DNA from: Azolla caroliniana
Lineage: Eukaryota; Plantae; Polypodiophyta
DNA length: 64,000 nt
Direction of reading: 5' to 3'
Assembly (NCBI GenBank): GCA_043228905.1
Contig: JBHGNT010000005.1
Span: forward strand, 23,808,001 to 23,872,000
The notes beneath the pieces are model-generated. The model ran no database searches. It saw only the letters and a program-made list of their open reading frames with translations, and was not told where the DNA came from. A program made the position numbers and the translations under genes. Within the stretch, counting starts at the first letter, position 1. Every line of letters begins with the position of its first letter. Shown here in pieces: positions 25,106-39,100 of the stretch.

Positions 25106-28100
25106 AAAAGTATCCCATCAACTCTTTTAACATGGAAACTACCTTATAACATAGTTATACATATTTACAACTCCTAGTCATTGATGGAAGCCATTGGCCG
25201 AAACAACCATCTAGGTGCTTGGTAGTTCCATTTAGGCCCTAATGATCTGACCATCATAGGAGAACTGCCCCATTGCAATAAAAACTTTGACCAAGCTCTT
25301 TCAGCTACATGTGATTCCCCCTAAATCAAATCATACCGTCCCCTCAGCCAAGATATTAGCTCGAACCAACTATTTAACAACACCTCACCGTTTGGGAGCT
25401 TGTGCTGTTGAAAAACAAACTTACAATGCCTAGTCCAAATGTGCCAGACCGTTAAGCAAGCTACCATCATCCATATCTCCTCAAAAAATTCAGAGTTTGT
25501 ACCAAGTCAAACTCCAACACATTGAAACACATTCCCACCTTGCACTATAAATCCATGACCATGGGGGTTTAACTGTTCCACCCCGCCTCCCCCTATTAAC
25601 TTCAACCCCCCTAAGGACCCCCATACAACTCTGCCATTCAAATTGCATGTTGCCACGATCCTGAGACTTCTACCCCAAATGCTAATCACCCTTGCGCAAT
25701 TCCAAAAACAGTCAAGAATCAATTCCAAAGAGTGACCACATATCTTTCAACCAGCCTTCCCACCACGACACCTCAGCCACTCCCCCCCCACAGGTACCGC
25801 CTTATGTCTAAGAAGCCACAACCAAAGCTTTATTTTTCCTGGCATATTGAACGCCCATAGTCTCATCCAAGACAACTTCAACAAGTCATCAAATATGCCT
25901 TTATCCCTCCAACTATTGCAATTTTGAGCAGCGCCCATTGATTTGGAGCCAACGATTTGCCTTCCTAGCTTAGTACTGTACTCAAAAAACCTTTCTTGTT
26001 TGTTCGTTCCTGGTTTTTGCCACCATACCTCTAGTGGATCCCACTCCAAATCACATAAGGGCTTGTTGTCAAATATCCAAAGTTTACAATCAATTTCCAA
26101 CTTCCCGGGGTCCAGGTTTACTTGCCACTTCTTACCTTCCAACACTTCCAACCACTGGCCATTGTCTGTCAAAGCACTTAGGTTGCCCCATAAACGATAC
26201 TCATTAGATGGCCACCTCCCACAAGTAATTTGTGCATTACCCTCACCTACAAACCACCCAAACCAGACCCCCTCTTCGTCATTCAACCTAGCTAGACCAT
26301 CAACAACCTTATCTATCAATTGGGTCACCTTTTCCAACCTACCAGTAAACAAAGTACTACTAGCCTAACCCTCCCACCTCTTCATTTTGAAAACCTCCCT
26401 ATCTCTTATGAAACTAACATTGTACCCTAACATCTGCCCCCATGGCAAATATTTTTTGTGGCCAAGCATCGTACCATCTTCGCTTCTAATCCTGGTGTTC
26501 CAAAACAACGATTGTTGGAGCTATTCCTCCATCGTTTTCGGCTACTTTAAGACCAACCCTTCTCTTAAACTCAACCAGGCCCTCATGATGGTGCGGGCCA
26601 CCCTGTCCTCCATGTTAGTCGGTTCTTTTAACTTTAGGCCTGGACTAAACAACCACCACTTCTTTGCCTTCCAAGGACCACCATTCCCTAGGCACCAAAG
26701 TTCATCTCTATCCCTAAGAAGCCACTTCCACAATTCTAGCCTGGGTTGTAGACTTCACACTAGGAGCTTACGGAGTAGAGTCTTACTTTGGTGAACCGTA
26801 TCCACCAGCCCAAGTCCACCCTAATTTTTACCTTAATCAAACAACTCCAGACCACTTTCGCTGACGTTTTCTCATGGTCTCTACCCAACCAAAGGAACCC
26901 TCTCACCATTGCCTTAATGTTTTTTAGCATAGTGGCATATGCATACCTTGAGTCTAACAAATCCTTGCATACATGTGGGACAACTAATCTCCTTATTCCT
27001 GCATCTAGTCTGTTTAAAAAGAAAGAGAATGCCTTTGAAATAAATAAAAAAAGGTAGGGGGCCAACGGGCACCCCTGCTTCACATACTTGCATAATGGAA
27101 TTGGTGGGCCCCGATGCCCTAACATCAACACCCTACTTAGGCTTCCTTTGTAAAGGGCCAACGTAGTTAATCTCCATTTTGAGGGTAATCCCAATCTCTA
27201 CATGACTTTGTCTAAAAAAGGTCATCATACTCTGTCATATGCCTTCTCGAAGTCAAGCATGAGACATGCAATATGTTGATTGGTTTTCTTTGCCATGGAA
27301 ATCGCCTCCCAAAAGTTCAACACATTATCAATTATACATCTCTATTCCATGAATCCTATTTGTCCAACATTAATTAGTGCATGCAAGTTGATTTTGACCC
27401 ACTTAGCCAGAATATTAGCAAAAATCTTATAGATTGTGTTGAGCAAGGTGATTGGTCTCCATTGCCTCACATCAATTATTATACCATGTACTTTAGGAAT
27501 TAGAAATATCAACCCCTCTTTAAAATGCTCCGGTAAACACCCAACATCCCATGCCTCATTTAGACCAGCAACCAAGTCAACCTTAATCACTTCCCAAAAT
27601 GTTTTAAAAAAATCTCTTGATAATCCGTAAACACTTGGACAATATGTTCTACATATACCCGCCAAAGAATTGGACACCTCTTTTCCAAGGGTGGCTTGGA
27701 CAAATTAACTTGTGGAACCTCTAAAATTCTTTGTCGCATTCCCGCATTCCCTCCAGTACAAGTTCTGCCCGTGAAGGTTGTTCGGGGATACTATAACTAG
27801 ATGAGAGTAGCCCACTATAGTGAGTTCTGACTGCCTCCATGATCTCCGATACATCCTCTGATAGTGAACCATCCTCCTTAATCAGCTAAGCATTTTAGCT
27901 ACCGTTTGTTCTCGGCTTTTTATACTTAAAAAATTGTTGGTTCACCTTATCCCCATTCGTGCTTCACCATGTTGTTGGATTCCTGAATAACATCTTGTTT
28001 CTAGACACAATCAACCGTTGTAGTGTTTCTTTCGTAGCCTCAAGACCTTCTCTAGACTAGTGACACTTGGATTTTTTCTGAAGCATTCTTTGGGCAGCCG

Positions 28101-30268
28101 TTATCGATCTTCTTAATCCCACCTCTCTTTCCTTAGACCCCACAATTCTATTTTTAGTCTCTTCATCCAAATACATTGAAGTTTCAATAATCTTTCCTCG
28201 AATTTTATCTGTTGGATTACTTTCCCCCATACTCCTTAATATCTTCCTTCCCACCTCTGCATCCTCAAGAAGTTTACTGCTGATCCTCAAGTTGCAGTCC
28301 TTTTTTTGCCTCCTATGATTGACTAGCGTAATCTTAACCAGCATATGATTAGAGTAAGCCAAACCTGCGATGATTTCAACATTGCATCCATATTTTTCTA
28401 GTTCTGAGCTTATGTATATTCTGTCTATGCGAGACATACAAAAGCCATTTATATTGCAACCTACTCTTGAGAAGCTTAGCGAGTTCCAAGGCTTTTTTAG
28501 TACATACCAAGCAACTTTCACTCCCATTCTACCCATCAACAAATCCTATGCAACTAACTCTGACCCCTGCACCATTGTATGCATGAACCCCACCTTGTCT
28601 TCTTTGTGCAAAGTCATGTTAAAATCCCCTACGAGGATCCACGCATCTGCAATTGGTAAGCCATCGGCCAATTGCCTCCAAAAAAGGGCCCGCATCGCTG
28701 ATGAATCGGGCGCATACACATTTATTATCCCAACGATACATTGATGCCATCTATCAATCACATAGATGACACGCCCCTCCACTATGGTGTCCTGACCCAC
28801 AACAATAATATCTAGATTATTCTTGATAGATGTACAAACACCCCCTTTTCTGCCATGCTCACCTTGAGCTAGGAACCAAAAAGTATGTCAATCCCCCGCA
28901 AGAGGATTGCCAGTACTCAAGATTTTGTTCGCACTCAAATGGTGCTCTTGTAAGAGCAAAATATCCATGATCCCCTTAAAACTTGGGGATTTGAACTCTT
29001 GACGAAAGTTCTTCCTCTCCATCATGCATTTGTTGCCGCCTGGACCTTGTATGTTCCACGTGATTAATTTCATGAAATGAATTGTGAAGTCTCCAAAGAT
29101 GTACATAGTCCCTCCCCACGAGTCCATGCCCAACCTCCCTACATGATCCTCTCCCATCCTAAAACCATGTCTTGCCTTGTAGCTTCTTTGATTTCCTCCT
29201 CACGGAAGTGTAACACCTCATCGAGGGAATCTACCGTCTCCTCTAGACATAGTAGTAGTTGTTTTTTAACACCTCCCATTGCATAACCAGTCCTTCATTG
29301 CTCTCCAATACTTCCACTTTTGCCAATGGAGTATGGGGAGCTCATGGCAGTTTCCTATCTGAGCATTGCACTTTTTAGCAAGACCTCAGGTGTACATGCT
29401 ACCACCTCTTCAACAATAGTTGTCCTTGGATCTTGTGCTATGTCCTCCTCTTCTTGCAACACGTCAAAACGATTTCTCAAATCTACATGAGAGGTATCCG
29501 TGTTTACTAACAGAAACTTAACTTAACCTTCTCCCTCCTTACGTTACTATTGATCTTCCTAGGGCATTCCTTAGCAATGTGACCTTTTTTTACAATAGAA
29601 ACATTGGTCAAGTAGTTCCTCATATTCCACTTCCACATCTATTAGTCTTGCCTCCAAATCATGCACCCTGATTATAGAGGAGAGTGTGGACAAACTTCGC
29701 ACAAGCACCCTAATCTTAGGGGAGTTTCTAATTCTGTCTACCATGGTTGCCTTTGAAAGACAGACTATGCCAATCTTCCCCAATCTTTTGCATCAAAGTA
29801 TATAATTGTCGTGGAAGATTAGGAAATACCAAAGAAATTACCATGGGGTTACTAATTTTCTTAGCCTCATCCATAACATTGAAATTAGCATGCCACTCCA
29901 AAAAAAAAAGAACCCTTCCATATTTGAGCTCTACACATTTCATATCAATAATTTGTGATATATCACTCCCCTCATGGGACCTTATCCATTAGAGCTACCT
30001 GTAACATGTCACGGACCATACCTCTATTGGGCCTACCACCAAGTAGCTTACAAATGAATGAACACTTCTTTAATCTTGTAATCTCTGCATTTCGGATTGT
30101 ACTTTCTTCTTCGGACAAGAAAACATCCAGTATCTCAAAACTCTCCATCATTTTCAATTCCTTATCAAGATCTCTTGTAAGGCTTGACCACATTCTTGTA
30201 GAAGATTTTCCACTTGCAATATGTACTCTATGGCCTCCATCTCCACAACAACCAGCCCTTGAGGCGAC
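25106..30268 (-). mobile_element. Degenerate L1/Tx1-like LINE of a second family (ORF1, EN, RT, C-terminus); 5' end cut by a Tcn1 insertion
   Basis: ORF1 with CFYCKKRSHC. EN MKLITWNIQG, LQEHH, NVYAP, VGDFN and SRIDRIY. RT WRPITLLNTIYKI and VKQGCPLAPYLF. C-terminal KIKLWLW. Confidence 0.9.
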
Positions 30269-33200
30269 TGTCATGAATTCGTGAAAACCCGGACTTCAAC
30301 CCAAGACTATGTCATGAAGACATGACCATTATGGCATCACCTGGACTTGAACCTCAAACCTTATAATCCATAGTTGAAAACCTCAACCATCAAGATAGGT
30401 TATTGTCATATGAAAAAATAAAAGCTACTTTCTATATTACATTGCTTATTGTAAAAACTCTAGATCATTCTAGAATGTTCTAGAATGTCCTAGAACATTC
30501 TAGAACATTATAGATATCTCTAAGCTATTCTATAGTAACCTATAAATAAGGGCATACATGTATCCTCAAATCAATTCGAATCAACACCGGTCTTAAACTC
30601 CAAGCCCACCTTGTTTCCAACTCATCCATGTAATCATTCTATTCAAATAAACCCACTCTTCTCTTATCTATCCATTCTCCTCTCTTCTTCTATTCTCTTA
30701 TACCTCCCTTCAATCGTTCAATCTCTTACTTTGTCTTGACAAATTGATTCGAATTTTTCTCCTTTTTACCCTCTTCCACAAACACTGGTGAGTACCCATG
30801 GCTACTAGCAACCCACAAGAATACCTTACCCTTGTTGCAAAAATGGAGAATCTCAAAAGCAAGTTTGTATCACTAGATCTAGAGAATCAATGATTGCTTG
30901 AAGATTTACATAAGGTTTCTGTAGAGAAGCAACAAATACAAGACGAGTTTACATGAAGGGTTCAACAATGTTAGGATTTCGGTCCCTCCGGATGGGATAT
31001 GAGTACCCGACAACAGAAGACTCGGTGAGAACCGGATGATGAGTACCCGGCAAGGAAGACCTGGTGAGAACCGGATGACGCAGGCCCGATGAGAACCTCT
31101 CACCGGATGAAGGGACATATATGTAAATATGTGTCTGTTAGCCCATTGTGGCTATATCTGTAAATAGCCCGAAAGTCATATTAGTATAAATATGACCTAG
31201 GGCAAATAGATGTAGTATCATTGTGTTGTCATTATTTTGTATAGTGTTATTGGTGTAACTGTTGTATAGAGCATAACAAAGAGAGAGAAAGAGAGAGAGC
31301 GATACAGAGTGTGTCTCTATTGTAACTGCTTGTTGGTGAAGATCGAGAGCAAGAGGTCATTGCCTCTATTTTCCTTTGTTGTATTCTCCTTACAGAGTGA
31401 TAGTTGGAGTTTGTGGACTCCCATGATTTTTCCCGTTTAGGGTTTTCCACGTAAACATACTGTGTACTCCCTCATATTGTTTGTGTGTATGTGCATTTAC
31501 CTTTTATTTGCCCAGTTCCTCTATGGTTGTGGTTCTCACGAAGTGATTGAAGTCTCGGTTGTGGCCGAGATATATTCCGCACACGCATATTTCCCATCAA
31601 ACAACTAGAGTCGGCAATAGTAGCTTTACAACAACTAAAAGTCGACGGTCAAGGAGTTATTAAGGAGCCCAAAATCAGCCTCCCAGCTAAATTCGATAGT
31701 TCGAGAGCACATTTTCGGGGTTTTATAAATCCAGTGTGATTGGTAATTCAGATGCATCCAACGCGTTATTCGACAAAATCATCTCGAGTCGGGTTAGTGG
31801 GCACTTTATTGACTAGCACGACATTGTCATGGTTTGCTCCATTGCTAGAAGCAAATTCTCCCCTACTCAACAACTTTGAAGAATTTATCAAAGAGTTTAA
31901 GGCTTGCTTCGGAGACACAGATAGTGTAAGAACGACAATCAACAAGATTCGCACACTGCGGCAAGGGGATCAACCAGCATCAACGTATGCAGCCAATTTT
32001 CATCTCATTGCAAGTGATATTCCTTGGGACGAACAAGCCCTAATGGAGTAGTTTCGTTCGGGCCTCCGTGGAGATGTAAACGATTTACTTCTTACCTTCC
32101 GTGAGGATTCAAAATCGCTTATAGAAGCTATTAGCCGAGCTGTAAAATGTAATAATTGGCTTTTTGAGCGTCGGTCTGAGTGACAACTGCAACAAACAAG
32201 ATCAAGATTTACGCCAACTTATGCATCAGTGACGACACAATTTCCAAGGCAACAATATAGCCTCGTCCCAACTCCACGGCAAGCACATAGCCCAACACCA
32301 ATGGAGATTGATATGACCCGGCGACGAGGACCTCTATCGGATGAAGAGAAACAACGTCATCGAGCAAATCGACTACGCTTATATTGTGGAGGTCTAGGAC
32401 ATATTGCCATTCACTATCCGCATAGACCAAGACGTCAGGTACATCACATTAACTATGATAATAGAAATGAGTCTAGCATTGTTGAAACTGTGCCAACTAG
32501 TGTTTCTAGTAATCCAACTCTATCCAATAAGTTTGAGGCCCTAAGCCAATTAGAGGAGGAATCAAACGAATAAGTCCGGCCAAAATCGGAGCCGTTTGGT
32601 TGGACAATCCTAGATCTATACAACCTAGTGTGGGTTCCATCTCTTCCAAGCATGTTAGTAGAGTTTTCTCAACCCAAGTACAAGTTAGGACACCAACTTG
32701 TCAACTTCATGTCCCAGCTCTATTAGATACCGGAGCCCATTCTTGTTTCATGGATAGAGATTCTGCCCGAAAACATTAAACACCACGCTTGCATAAACTT
32801 CCTTGCCCAATTTCCGTAGTAGTAATTGGGGGTCGTCCCATAGCTTCTGGAAAGATATTTGAGGAGTCTGAGCTGATACACATACTCTTAGATGGTTTAG
32901 GATGTGTAGTTTCCTTTAATATAATCTGTAGCCCTGAGCATCCAACAGTCCTTGGTTTGCCATGGTTCGAGCTACACAACCCAGTAATTGATTATAGAAG
33001 ACGAGAAATTAGGTGCCCTTCAAAAAGAAACATAGTAGTCAAAGGTCGAGCCCAGGATCCTCCCCTTGAAAAACATAGTGTTACCAATTCACCCTCTACC
33101 AAACATGTTCCTCTTCATCAGATATCAACCATCACCCTACAACAATTATGCCAAGAAGGAGCAAAAGAAGAGTTTTTCTTATTTTCCCTATTAGTTGCAC

Positions 33201-36101
33201 CTTCTAGTCATACTCAAGGGAAGTTGGCAAGCTACATTCCCAAAAAGTATCAAGAATATGTTGATGTCTTCGACAAAGTCAAAGCTAGTGTACTTCCAAA
33301 GCCTCGGCCATACGATTGTCCCATTGATCTACAGCCAGGAAAAGAGCCACCATGGGGTCTGATCTACGATCTGTCACCAACGGAGCTTGAGGTTCTTCGA
33401 ACATACATTGACAAGAATCTTTCAAGTGGAATTATTCGACATTCAAAGTCTCTAGTTGGTGCTCCTATCTTTTTCGTGAAGAAAAAGGATGACTCCCTTC
33501 ATTTGGTCGTGGATTATCATGGATTAAATAAAGTCACAATGAGAAATAGGTATGCTCTACCTTTAATTTCCAGTCTTTTAGAGCGCATTGGTGGGGCAAA
33601 GCATTTTACCGAGATTGATCTAAGCGGTGCATATAATCTTGTCCGTATTCAACCAAGAGATGAGTGGAAGACTGCATTTCGCACTCAGTATGGCCATTTC
33701 GAGTATACAGTCATGCCTTTTGGGCTCACAAATGCTCCCAATGTGTTTCAACATATGGAAAATGACATTTTCCGAGATTTTCTAGATAACTCTCTCATCA
33801 TCTATCTAGATGATCTATTGATTTACTCTAGAACACGGGCGGAGCATGATATACATGTGTGGAAGGTACTCCGACACTTAAGAGAGAATGGTCTTTATGC
33901 CAAACTGGAGAAGGGCAATTTTGATTGCAAAGAAGTTGAGTTCTTGGGTTATACCATTTCATCCAAAGGTATCTTCATGGATTTAGCGAAAGTTCAAACA
34001 ATATTGGAATGACATACTCCAAGTTTCGTCCGCGATGTCCAGTGTTTCCTTGGATTTGCCAACTTCTACCGCAAATTCATATGGAATTATTCGAAGATTG
34101 TATTGCCGCTCGCTCACTCAACTCACCAAGAGAAATCTAGCATTTGTTTGGACTCCTAAAGTAGACAAAGCCCTTACTCAGTTGAAAGAGGCATTCACAT
34201 CACCTCCTGTCTTAACTCATGTTGATCCAAAAAAGCCATTTATCATTGAGGCAGACACATCTGACTTTGCATTGGGGAGCATCCTATCACAGCCAGGTGA
34301 AGATGGGCAATTGCATCTAGTCACGTTTCATTCAAGAAAATTTAATGTTGCGGAGATCAACCACGAGGTGCATGACAAAGAGTTACTAATTATGGTCGAC
34401 TCTTTGCGCAATGGAGACATTTCTTGGAAGGCTTGCCTCATCAAATCATCATTTACAGTGACCACAAAAATCTTACATATTTTCAAACGGCCCAAGTGCT
34501 AAATAGCCCACAAGCTCGATGGGCACAATTTTTAACTCGTTTTTATTTCAAGATCATTTTCCGCCTAGGGAAACTACAAGGGCAAGCAGATGCTCTATCT
34601 TGACGCTCATATTTGGCACTTCGCCCTGGAGATCCAACTTTTGACAATCAAAGGCAAGTTCTCCTTGGTCCAGCAAAACTACAAGCAACCACAGTTTGTG
34701 CCACGCCACTGGATTCAAGTCTTCTTGATACTATTCGACAACAACTTCACTCTAATGATTTTTCTAAGGATGTCTTCACCCACCTTGGTCCAAATCATGC
34801 ATTTTGCTCCCATTGCCAGGGACATCTCGACGCTATAAGGAGTTCAAGTGGCACGATAACTTACTTTTCTACAAGAATCTCCTTTATGTCCCTGATGGAT
34901 CACCACGCCTTCGAGTGTTGGAGCACTATCATGATGCCCATATGGCCAGACACTTTGGTATTGCTCATGACCTCATATACAACAATTTGTTGAAGATTAC
35001 GTTCGCACATGTGACACATGTTGTCGAGCTAAAATGCCTAGGCATCATCCTTATGGGTTGTTACAACCATTGCGAACTCCGAGCAAGCCATGGCAGTCAA
35101 TTTCTATGGATTTCATTACAGATCTGCCACCTTCAGAGGGTTTTGATGCTATTTTAACCTTAGTGGATCGATTTACCAAGATGGCACATTTCTTGCCCTG
35201 CGTAAAAAGCATCAGTAGTCAAGAAACAACAAATATCACTATGTGTGAAGTATTTCGTCATCATGGTCTTCCAAACGACATAATTAGTGATCGTGGTCCG
35301 CAATTTATCTCTCACTTTTGGAAGCACCTATGTGACGGGCTCCGAATCTCTTGCAAACTCTCTTTAGCATATCATCCCAAAACTGATGGCCAAACAGAGC
35401 GCACAAATCAAACACTTGAGCAATATCTTCAATGTTTCATAAGTTATCAACAAGATGATTGGAGTCATATAATGCATCTTGCAGAGTTTGCATACAATAA
35501 CACCATACACTCTACTACCAAGGTCACACTTTTCTATGCCTATACTGGCAACCATCCTCGGTGGTGTCTCTTGGACATTCCAATGATCTCACCAAACCCT
35601 AGTGCGGAGCAACACCTCCACCAACTCCAACACCTCTAGTCTGAGTTGTCTTCACATCTTCAGAAAGCTCAAGCACAATATAAGGCCCACGCAGATGGAC
35701 ATCGTCTTCCATCTCCATTCAAGGTTGGGGATCGAGTATGGTTGTTACGCCATCACATTAAGACTACTTGACCGTGTGATAAGCTAGATTATAAACTCTT
35801 GGGTCCTTTTGTCATCACGAAGCGGATTAGTGATGCAACATTCCGTCTTGATCTTCCTGCAAATTTGCGGCTTCCTTCAGTCTTTCATAGCTCTCTTTTG
35901 GAACCTTGCCGCACCAGCTCGATTCCCAATTGTGTCGTGCCCCCACAGCCTCCTCTCCAACTTGCTGATGGCCCAGAGTACGAGGTAGCTGCCATTCTCG
36001 ATTCTAAGATTGTGCGCAATAAGTTGTATTATCTAGTGGATTGGCTAGGCTATACCCCGAGCGATCACACATGGGAACCCATCGATAATGTTTGTAATGC
36101 T
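30269..36101 (+). mobile_element. Tcn1-like chromovirus: 5' LTR (30269-30741), gag, PR, RT, RH, INT and chromodomain; 3' end lost at the Copia insertion
   Basis: LTR TGTCA...TGACA. Gag PTPMEID and LYCGGLGH; RT YLDD (32789..34012); RH EADTSDFALG; INT SMDFITD and TDGQTER; chromodomain EYEVAAILDSK...VDWLGY...TWEP. Confidence 0.93.
30969..31599 (+). mobile_element. Solo LTR (Copia-type) inserted in the Tcn1 gag
   Basis: TGTTAG...CATCA with perfect 5-bp TSD AACAA; TATAAAT at ~31185. Confidence 0.92.
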
Positions 36102-39100
36102 TGTTTGGAATATGTCCCTCCAGTGGGAGGAAGCGACTGTTCGGAAGGAGCCGACACTCGAAGAGTCGAAGGAACCAAATGTTCGGAAATAGTCAACAGT
36201 CAAAGAGTCGAAAACAAAGAGTCGATTGTTTAAACAGATTATCATTAATGTTATAGTAATAATAATAGTAATGATATGTAGCAGTGGCTACATTAGTAAA
36301 TAGTCATATGATGTATCAGAATATATACATCTAGGGCAAACAGACGCGGTGTGTGTGTAGAACAGATGTAGCACGAGAGCTTGAGGTATAGAGAGTGAGT
36401 GAGAGCGGCACCATAACAGTGTGTGTAACAGCAAACACCAAGATCCCTGTGTGGCTAATACACTCGAGGAAGTGTTGTAATCTCATTGTTGTATATCCAC
36501 TATACATAGTGAAGCTCTGTTCTTGTGGTTTTCTCCCGTTTTAGGGTTTTCCATGTTAAATCTTTGCGCACCATTGTTGTCCTGTTTTCTGGCATATCTG
36601 TGATTTGTATTTCAGCACAGTCCTCTTATTATGATTTGACCAAACAATTTCCCTACAAACTGGTATCAGAGGTTGGGGTGCAAGCATGGAAGGAGGTGTG
36701 AGCGGTTTCCCAGGTATGATAGTTCTAAACTCACAGAACTATGCAGATTGGAAGATAAAGATGGAAGACCTCCCCATCTTTGAAAGACTTGTACGAGCCA
36801 GTTGACAGAGCATATATACCCACAGGGGTATTGGAGTCGGATTGGAAACTTCTAAACAGAAAGGTAGTGGCCACCATCCGACAGTGCATTGACGTAAGTG
36901 TCCTTCAACATGTGGCGAACGACACAAATGCCCAAGAGATGTGGCAGAAGTTGTCAGGTCTGTATGAGAGGAAGAACGTGCTCAATAAAACCTCGTTGAT
37001 GAGAAAAATCGTAATGCTGAAATACAGAGACGGTGAGAGCATCGTTGAACACATCAGCACGTTCATGGGGTATGTAAATCAACTTGTTGCAACCAAGTTT
37101 CCCTTGGACGATGTAATGCACTTCCAAAAGGACTGTCGACACATGAGAAAAGACAAAGGTGTCGGAAACAATGTCGAACCCTGGGAGATTCCTGATGAGA
37201 AGAACACTTCTGCCATTGCTACGAGCAATGAAGAACTGTTGTTCATCTGTGAACAGACAAGTGCAAATCTTGCAAGTGAAGAATGCACTTGGGTGATCGA
37301 TTCTGGGGCATCGTTCCACATAACTCCATTGAGAGAGTATTTCTCGACTTACATAGCCGGAGATCACGGTTATGTGAAAATGGGTGATAGTGGAGAATGC
37401 AAGATAGCCGGAGTCGGAAGTGTCCGCTTGACGACGTTCACAGGGTGTTGACTGAATCAGAAGGATGTTCGACACGTCCCCGATATCAGATTGAATCTCA
37501 TATCGACTGGAAGGTTAGATGACGAAGGCTATAGTGGTAGCTTTTGGAATTGCAAGTGGAAGTTCTACCGAGGAAATCTTATAGTGGCTCGAGCATAGAA
37601 AGAAGGCACATTATATATGATGCATGCACGACTGTGCAAATTGGAAGTAAATGTGGCAGCTTACTCGGCAGGAGAAATATGGCATAAGAGGCTAGGCCAC
37701 ATGAGTGAGAAGGGAATGCACTTACTAGCAAACAAGAAACTTCTACCAAAAGTCAAGGGAGTGCACCTAGAGAAGTGTGCCAGTCACTGCTTAGTCGAAA
37801 AGTAGAATAGAGCAGCATTCCACACAAGACCACCAAGGAGAAGAGAAGTGTCACTTGAACTGGTACACACGGATGTGTGTTATGTGGATGCTCCATCGCA
37901 TTGAGGTGGGCAGTACTTTGTGACGTTCATTGACGACTATAGTCGGAAGACATGGGCCTTCGTACTGAAGTCGAAGGATCAAGTACTGTCATTTTTCAAC
38001 GAGTTCCAAGCTAGAGCTGAAGAGAGTCTGGTCGAAAGTTGAAGGCTATCCGAACCGACAACGGTGGCGAATATAGAGGGCAATTCGAGGAATACTGCAA
38101 GTGCCAAGGTATTCAGATCGAATACACAGTGCCAAAGACCCCAAAGTTAAACGGGCTTGCAGAGAGGATGAATCGAACAATCATGGAGAGGGTAAGGAGC
38201 GTGCTCTCTCATGCGAAACTGCCAAAATCCTATTGGGCTGAGGTGATGTACATGTTACCCGCAAGAATATACAGGGAGGCATAAGGATATGTGTAATGAT
38301 GTGGTTGATGTGTATGTGTAAAGTAAATAAGTGTGTGAGGATAAGTATGTGTATGGACACATGCACAATTATGTGCATGTGTACAAGAATGTGTAATGGT
38401 CTTATTTATAACGGTCATGTAACCGTTACATTTGATGTATTATATAAACCCCCTATGGGGTATGTAATGAGATAACCTTTTTCCCCCTCTTACAGTTGTG
38501 TCATTTTCTATTTGTCTTTCTCTCTAGCTCTCTCACTATAGTAACCCCCTTGGGAGGAAGGCTTCACCCCCCCACCCCACTTTTGGCACGCCTGAACGGC
38601 CGACCCTCCCTTGAGAAGAAGTCACTCCATCATTCTCCCTCTCCATCAGTAATCTCTATCTCTCCCTCTCTATGTGTATGTTAATGTATGTGTTGTGGTG
38701 TTGGGCTTAGATTCTCTGTATGGTGATCTATTTTAATTAAAGGTTCTTGGTGTGCGTTGGGATTTATAGATTTAGTAAGATGAGTATCTTGTTGCTCTTC
38801 CCCCTATCTCTTGTGTGTTGGTGATCTGTCATACTTCTTCTTTACAAATCAACTGCACTTTGATTTTCTCTACTGTCGGCCAAGCCTAGGAGGAAACTCA
38901 GACCACCACACCCACAATGCACGCAAACCTGGTTAGTACTCTCAAATTCATCATATTCCCATTCCCTTCTTCACCACAAGATCCTCTCACTCACTATCAG
39001 GCTCAAGAAGCTCCATCGGCTCCTCCTCCTCCTCCTACACATATGGACTTTCATCATCGTCGTCTTCTTCTTCTCTGCAAGGAAATGCATTGTCATTTCT

